DNA of 64,000 nucleotides from Alphaproteobacteria bacterium (GTDB lineage Bacteria; Pseudomonadota; Alphaproteobacteria; CAAHEQ01; UBA3637): NCBI GenBank assembly GCA_045635565.1, contig JAZTVX010000021.1, positions 15,078 to 79,077 of the forward strand, read 5' to 3'. Shown piece by piece: positions 59,371 to 64,000 of this stretch (position 1 is its first letter; each line of letters starts with the position of its first letter). The notes under the pieces were generated by a model. It saw only the letters and a program-made list of their open reading frames with translations, ran no database searches and was not told where the DNA came from. The position numbers and the translations under genes were made by a program.

Positions 59371-60141
59371 ATGCGTGTTCGAATTTTAGGGTGTGGTCCA
59401 TCAAATGGAATTCCTTCGCTTAATCGTGGATTTGGATTATGTGATTCAACCAATCCTAAAAATATACGCACAAGAAGTGCTGCTTTAATCAGATTATCCA
59501 ATCAAAAAAATATTCTGATAGATGCTGATCCTGAAATCAGACAACAATTACTTAATGCTGGAAATCCTGTAATAGATGCTGTTTTATTCACGCACTCACA
59601 TTATGATCACATGGGAGGTGCAGATGATTTACGGGTTTTGGCACAACGGTTACAAGGTCCGTTGCCTGTCTATTTAACACAATATGATGCTATTCGATTT
59701 AAAGAAACTTTAAAATATTTATTCAAACAAACAGACAATACACCATTATTTGACATTAACATCATTGAGTTTTATCAACCGTTTTTTATTGCAGGCATTG
59801 AAATCACGCCTATTTTACAAAAACATGGTTCTCATGAATTTTCAACAGGCTATAAAATTGGTTCAAAATTTGCATATTCTACTGATGTAAAAGAAATGGA
59901 AGAGAAGGGGTTTGAATTATTAACCGGTTTAGATACGTGGGTTTTGGGTGGAACAACACGTAAGGAAAATTCGAAACATATACATTTAGAAGGGGCTTTA
60001 TCATGGATAAAGCGTTTAAATCCTCGTCAAGTCTATTTGACACATATGGGATTGAGAATGGATTATGAAACGCTCTGTGCGGAGTTGCCACAATCAATTT
60101 GTCCCAGTTATGACGGATTAGAATTTGATGTAGCAGAATAA
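59371..60141 (+). CDS. MBL-fold metallo-hydrolase (PhnP/GPMB-like)
   Basis: HxHxDH motif HSHYDHMGG. Confidence 0.7.
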   Translation: MRVRILGCGPSNGIPSLNRGFGLCDSTNPKNIRTRSAALIRLSNQKNILIDADPEIRQQLLNAGNPVIDAVLFTHSHYDHMGGADDLRVLAQRLQGPLPVYLTQYDAIRFKETLKYLFKQTDNTPLFDINIIEFYQPFFIAGIEITPILQKHGSHEFSTGYKIGSKFAYSTDVKEMEEKGFELLTGLDTWVLGGTTRKENSKHIHLEGALSWIKRLNPRQVYLTHMGLRMDYETLCAELPQSICPSYDGLEFDVAE

Positions 60142-60649
60142 ATCTAAAAATTTGATTTTTTATTTGATTTTTTAACTATTTGTATTTTATTCAAAAAAAA
60201 ACAAATAGTTATTCATTTATTTTGAATGGAGAACATCATTTTAAAGCGAGAAAAATAACTTTGAACGATACAAAATACAATCATTTTAGTTTAAAAAGAC
60301 TTATTACATAAAAACAAGATATTTTATCGTTTATTTTTTCAATGAAAAGATAATGGTTTGGATAGAATTCACATTATGAAATAACATAATAATTTTTTCA
60401 AAAAATATCCATTTAAAACAAAAAAATAAATCATACATTTGATTTAAAACAAAAACACAAATCAGAAATTATATCATAATATTTATTGTAATCAATTACT
60501 TATTCTTTTTTATTAAAAATATTGTAACTATACATAATATAAATTATGCGCCAAATATATCTGGAATAAACACACATATTTTTAATAATTTCAATATGTT
60601 AAATGTGCGTGTGGATAACTTTGTTGATAGTTTCAGAATTTATGGGCTA

Positions 60650-61090
60650 TTCTTTTAAATCAACTTCGAATTAAGGATTGCATCGACGTTGAATATGAAC
60701 TCAAACATTGATACCATATTTTAGGTCTAGCCATCGGTTCTGTTTGAATGCCTGTATGGCTCATAATACCAGCAAAGTCCCCTTGCCTAATGGTCTGTGT
60801 AAATGACGATACATATACTTATTACCCGTAAACAGGGTCGAAATATAAAGTGAGTTGACTTTCTTGAGCACCATTTTTCACTTATTTATTTGTATTTTAC
60901 CCACCGTATCCATGTAATACTCTCTACACCAAAATTCTCTTTTTCTATACCTAAATCCAGCATTTTTCCATTTTTCGTGTATCATTAAACTACTTTCACC
61001 TTTGTGATAACCTACAACACTAGAAACAGTGAATTTTGTTGGTATCTCTAATAGCTTCTACACACTTCTGCTCTGAATTACCAGCCTGTC
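60650..61090 (-). pseudogene. Decayed gene remnant in an otherwise non-coding 1-kb gap. Stop- and frameshift-interrupted reading frame. Noticeably higher GC than its surroundings.
   Basis: Minus-strand pieces HGQAGNSEQKCVEAIRDTNKIHCF*, VVGYHKGESSLMIHEKWKNAGFRYRKREFWCREYY, VKNGAQESQLTLYFDPVYG**, YVSSFTQTIRQGDFAGIMSHTGIQTEPMARP. They read like one degraded ORF. Confidence 0.3.
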
Positions 61091-61105
61091 CGTGGGTTTT
61101 CTGAA

Positions 61106-61143
61106 CACAAAAAATCCTCCTGAAACTTAGGAGGATTTTTATA
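61106..61143. terminator. Bidirectional rho-independent terminator after the 924-aa ankyrin gene
   Basis: aatcctcct-gaaactt-aggaggatt with flanking A- and T-runs. Confidence 0.65.
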
Positions 61144-61172
61144 TGTTTGTTAAAGTATTTCCTTTTTCTGAT

Positions 61173-63947
61173 TTAGTTTTTTTCATGCTCATGACGAACG
61201 TGAGATACATCTTGCTCGGAAGTTGATGACAAACCATCATCAGTTCGCTCTTGTTGTGCACGCAATACGTCTGTTAAAGGCTTTTGTTGTGACTGTTCCG
61301 GCACAAGAACTTGTTGATGTTCTCTTTGCCAAGTCAAATACGGTTCTGAATTTATCAATGTTCGTGCCTTATTACGAATATGAAGCGGTGTATTTTTTGT
61401 CATCCGTTCATAGACCAAATCAACCTTTTCAACGGGTATTTTGTTGCATTCTATCATTGTCGTCATAACCGAATAAAGAGATGTATTTCTACCTTTCCAA
61501 CGTTCTTCTGCCAATAAATAATCAAGTGGTGTCTGACCAGTTTCGTCAACTACATTCAAATCAACGCCTTGTTTAATCATCTGCTGAACCCAATCAAACT
61601 TTCCCTGCTCTATTAAAAATATAATGAGGGGTTTACCATCTATTTTTTGATTTAAATCAACTGCTCCATTCGTTTTAAACATTAAATGTTCAATGATATC
61701 ATCATATTCTTTATATTTCTCTTGGAGTGCTAATACCAATGGGGTTTTTCCACCGGCATTAGGCTTATCAGCATTTTCAGGTGTTATCAATGTTTGAATA
61801 AGGTCAACTGAACGTCCATATTGAATAGCAATGGCGAGTGGGGTGTTGCCCTGTTCATCAACAGCAGTTAAATCAACACCTTCTTGAATCATTTTACCCA
61901 CTAAATCTTCTCGCCCTTTTTTGATAAAATTAGATACCAGTGGCTCTCCATCTACTTTTTGATTTAAATCAACTACTCCATTTGTGTTGAACATCAAATA
62001 TTCAATGACTTGCCAGCAGTTTTGACGATATTGGGAATGCTTGGAAGTATAGTATGGATACTGGGTCAATGCCTTAGTAGCAATCATTAAAGGTGTTTTC
62101 CCATCAGCATTGGGTTTATCAGCATTTTCAGGAGTTATCAATGTTTGAATAAAGTCAAACGGATAACCTCTTCCAATCAAATAATCAAACGGAATTTCAA
62201 TACCTTTTTCGGCTGCTTTTTTGATAATATCGTATTTTCTATCTTTTTCAAGATCTGTTTCTAATATTTGAATTAAATGTTGTTGAGTAATATTAACGGC
62301 ACCATCGTTTTCAAACATTAATTCTTCAACTAAATCCCAGCGTTTTTCCCGTTCAATTAATCGTGTAACCGCCTCTGTAAAAATACCAGAACCAACAACA
62401 CCAGCCACATCCATTTCTTCATCGGCTCGGCTCATTATGGATAATAATTTTTGAATATCTTTTGTTGTGCCTTTTTTAATTAAATCAGATACAGATACAA
62501 AATTTTCAATTGCATTCGTAAATACATCGTTCCTAAGAATCTCCTTTATCAAATTTTCCAAGCGTACAGGATTACGCAATAATTGACGACTGATTTCGCC
62601 TGTCACAGATGGGGTAATGTGTTGGTCATCTTCCTTGCCCCAATCATATGCTTGTGTTATTTCCAATAAAGCATCAATCTCTGCATAAGAACCTTCTTCA
62701 ATAATTGAACGAAGTACGTCCTCATCTAATTTTCCCTTTATCTTATCTTCAATGGCTTTATATCCTGCAAAAGAGTCTTCATACCCTCTAGAATAATTTT
62801 TGGCGTACTTTATTACATTTTCCAACAAATTGTCTTGATACCGATCTATTATTTTTTTTGTATCTAATGAATTATTCGCATTTTCTCTTGAAATTTCTTT
62901 ACTTTCTGCTTCCCTTAAACACCGAATAAAATCAACCGGTGCACCATATTCAAGTGCAACCATTAAAGGTGTTTTTCCCCCCATGTCTTGAGCCAACAAA
63001 TGAACACCTTCTAATAATTTAACATCAAAAGTACCATCTGCTTTTCGAAAAGCATCCCATTTTTTATGGCGTATCAAAGTCGATATGAATGGTTCATTAT
63101 GCCAATTATTAGGGATTCTTTGATTTAAAATATTACTGTTAATTAAAATGTGCGTATCTTTCTTATTCTCATCAAATGTAAAATTTCTTTCTAACAGAAT
63201 ACTCAAAAAGCCTATGTTTCCCTCGTGAATCAAGGCTGATATCAATGGTTGCTTTTCATTCCCAATTGTTTGATTCAGGTCCACACCAGGTTGGCTCATG
63301 ATATGGCAGACTATTTTGTCATTTTCACCTGTTCTTTTTTGCTGATATCGTTCAAATGCTAAGACTAATGGTGTTTTACCATCTTTATCGGGGGTGTCAA
63401 GGATGTTTTTATTTGTGTACATTTCAATCACCTCAAGAGAACATCCCGCCTTAATGGAAATTGTCATTACGGTATCAATAACCTCTTTCCCATCAGTAAC
63501 TGTTCCTTTGCTTTTATCTCTGAGTTGGTCTAAAACAATAGGTTTTCCAACTAATTCATAAAGTTCTCTATCTTTCTTGCCTTTATAATATGCACGCAAA
63601 TCCTTGTCTGTTAATAAAAACCGGATGGTTTCCACTTGATTTTGTCTTGCGGCTCGAACAAAAATATTCTCACCTCTATTATCCGTAATTGCAACATTGG
63701 CCCCTTTTAATATTAAATATTTTAAAACATCCGTTCGACCTAAATCCGCTGCTATTAAAAGAGGAGAAACAGTACGTGCGTTATTCGCACGTGCGTTATC
63801 CACACGTGCGTTATCCTCTGTAAAAAGAACATATTTACCATGTTCCAATACATAGCAATTACATGAAATAGCATTTATATGAGCACCATTACCAATCAGA
63901 CCTTGAATTTCATTCAAAGGACGGCCATTTTCAAGGGCTCCCATCAA
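61173..63947 (-). CDS. Large ankyrin-repeat protein (at least 924 aa; the N-terminus may extend beyond the window)
   Basis: Many ANK repeats, for example TPLVLAFERY, KTPLMVALEYGAPVDFI, GNTPLAIAIQYGRSVDLI. An internal module of about 110 aa is duplicated. An NAR pentapeptide array sits near the N-terminus. Confidence 0.75.
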   Translation of the reverse strand: MMGALENGRPLNEIQGLIGNGAHINAISCNCYVLEHGKYVLFTEDNARVDNARANNARTVSPLLIAADLGRTDVLKYLILKGANVAITDNRGENIFVRAARQNQVETIRFLLTDKDLRAYYKGKKDRELYELVGKPIVLDQLRDKSKGTVTDGKEVIDTVMTISIKAGCSLEVIEMYTNKNILDTPDKDGKTPLVLAFERYQQKRTGENDKIVCHIMSQPGVDLNQTIGNEKQPLISALIHEGNIGFLSILLERNFTFDENKKDTHILINSNILNQRIPNNWHNEPFISTLIRHKKWDAFRKADGTFDVKLLEGVHLLAQDMGGKTPLMVALEYGAPVDFIRCLREAESKEISRENANNSLDTKKIIDRYQDNLLENVIKYAKNYSRGYEDSFAGYKAIEDKIKGKLDEDVLRSIIEEGSYAEIDALLEITQAYDWGKEDDQHITPSVTGEISRQLLRNPVRLENLIKEILRNDVFTNAIENFVSVSDLIKKGTTKDIQKLLSIMSRADEEMDVAGVVGSGIFTEAVTRLIEREKRWDLVEELMFENDGAVNITQQHLIQILETDLEKDRKYDIIKKAAEKGIEIPFDYLIGRGYPFDFIQTLITPENADKPNADGKTPLMIATKALTQYPYYTSKHSQYRQNCWQVIEYLMFNTNGVVDLNQKVDGEPLVSNFIKKGREDLVGKMIQEGVDLTAVDEQGNTPLAIAIQYGRSVDLIQTLITPENADKPNAGGKTPLVLALQEKYKEYDDIIEHLMFKTNGAVDLNQKIDGKPLIIFLIEQGKFDWVQQMIKQGVDLNVVDETGQTPLDYLLAEERWKGRNTSLYSVMTTMIECNKIPVEKVDLVYERMTKNTPLHIRNKARTLINSEPYLTWQREHQQVLVPEQSQQKPLTDVLRAQQERTDDGLSSTSEQDVSHVRHEHEKN
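63774..63818. repeat. In-frame 15-bp tandem repeat x3 inside the ankyrin gene. It encodes a NAR(A/V/T)(D/N) array.
   Basis: acgtgcgttattcgc / acgtgcgttatccac / acgtgcgttatcctc. Confidence 0.7.
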
Positions 63948-64000
63948 CGATGTCCAACCATTATCATTTGGAAGAACTGCCTCTTCTAAATTTGTAAAGG

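Noticed and set aside
60640-61100. Possible RNase P RNA or tmRNA in the GC-rich block
   Set aside because: There is a weak resemblance (agcaaagtcccc, acagaaccgatggcta) to RNase P P4-region motifs. The spacing and geometry do not fit. Protein-like translation on the minus strand fits a decayed ORF better.
1-64000. CRISPR arrays, IS elements, transposases, integrases
   Set aside because: No regularly spaced direct repeats were seen. No transposase or integrase motifs were seen in any ORF. The repeats present are the junction/cassette repeats and intragenic tandem repeats described above.

Overview
The window is AT-rich DNA (roughly one-third GC by eye). It most likely comes from an alphaproteobacterium: a clear GcrA cell-cycle regulator homolog overlaps the start of polA by one base. 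The lifestyle looks host-associated. There are at least three ankyrin-repeat proteins, several pseudogenes and gene fragments, and eukaryote-like cysteine-rich domains. Housekeeping genes are dense. They include hup, ihfB-accD, corA-like, mnmA, metK-like, polA, gcrA, nth, ispA, xseB, a TolC/MacA/split-MacB efflux operon, a 1180-aa pyruvate:ferredoxin oxidoreductase, mltB-rlpA-dacA-tmk-holB-tatD, and tRNA-Arg(TCT), tRNA-Val(CAC) and tRNA-Ser(TGA). An accessory island of about 15 kb lies between tRNA-Val (38509-38585) and tRNA-Ser (53424-53513). It holds six proteins with different N-terminal parts (two are ankyrin-repeat proteins, three carry a TM helix just before the tail) that share a near-identical C-terminal tail, consensus PQ(I/V)QKITDQKK.P.QDTSRGARxE-COOH. 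Three of them sit as tandem cassettes with a repeated tail-coding plus promoter junction element. The island also holds a P-loop kinase, a 1422-aa beta-helical repeat protein abutting a 5'-truncated TpsB-like barrel, a pseudogene paralog, and a tRNA-Ser 3'-end direct repeat scar. The window also has three paralogs in which a type IV prepilin-like leader (cleavage-site Gly, Glu at +5) precedes a large secreted domain. Two of these domains are extremely cysteine-rich with dozens of CxxC units. One paralog (14490-17537) is preceded by a 26-bp perfect inverted repeat flanking a 121-bp segment whose only good sigma70 promoter faces away, which resembles an invertible switch. No CRISPR array, transposase or integrase was seen. 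All functional calls rest on remembered motifs and were not checked by database search.
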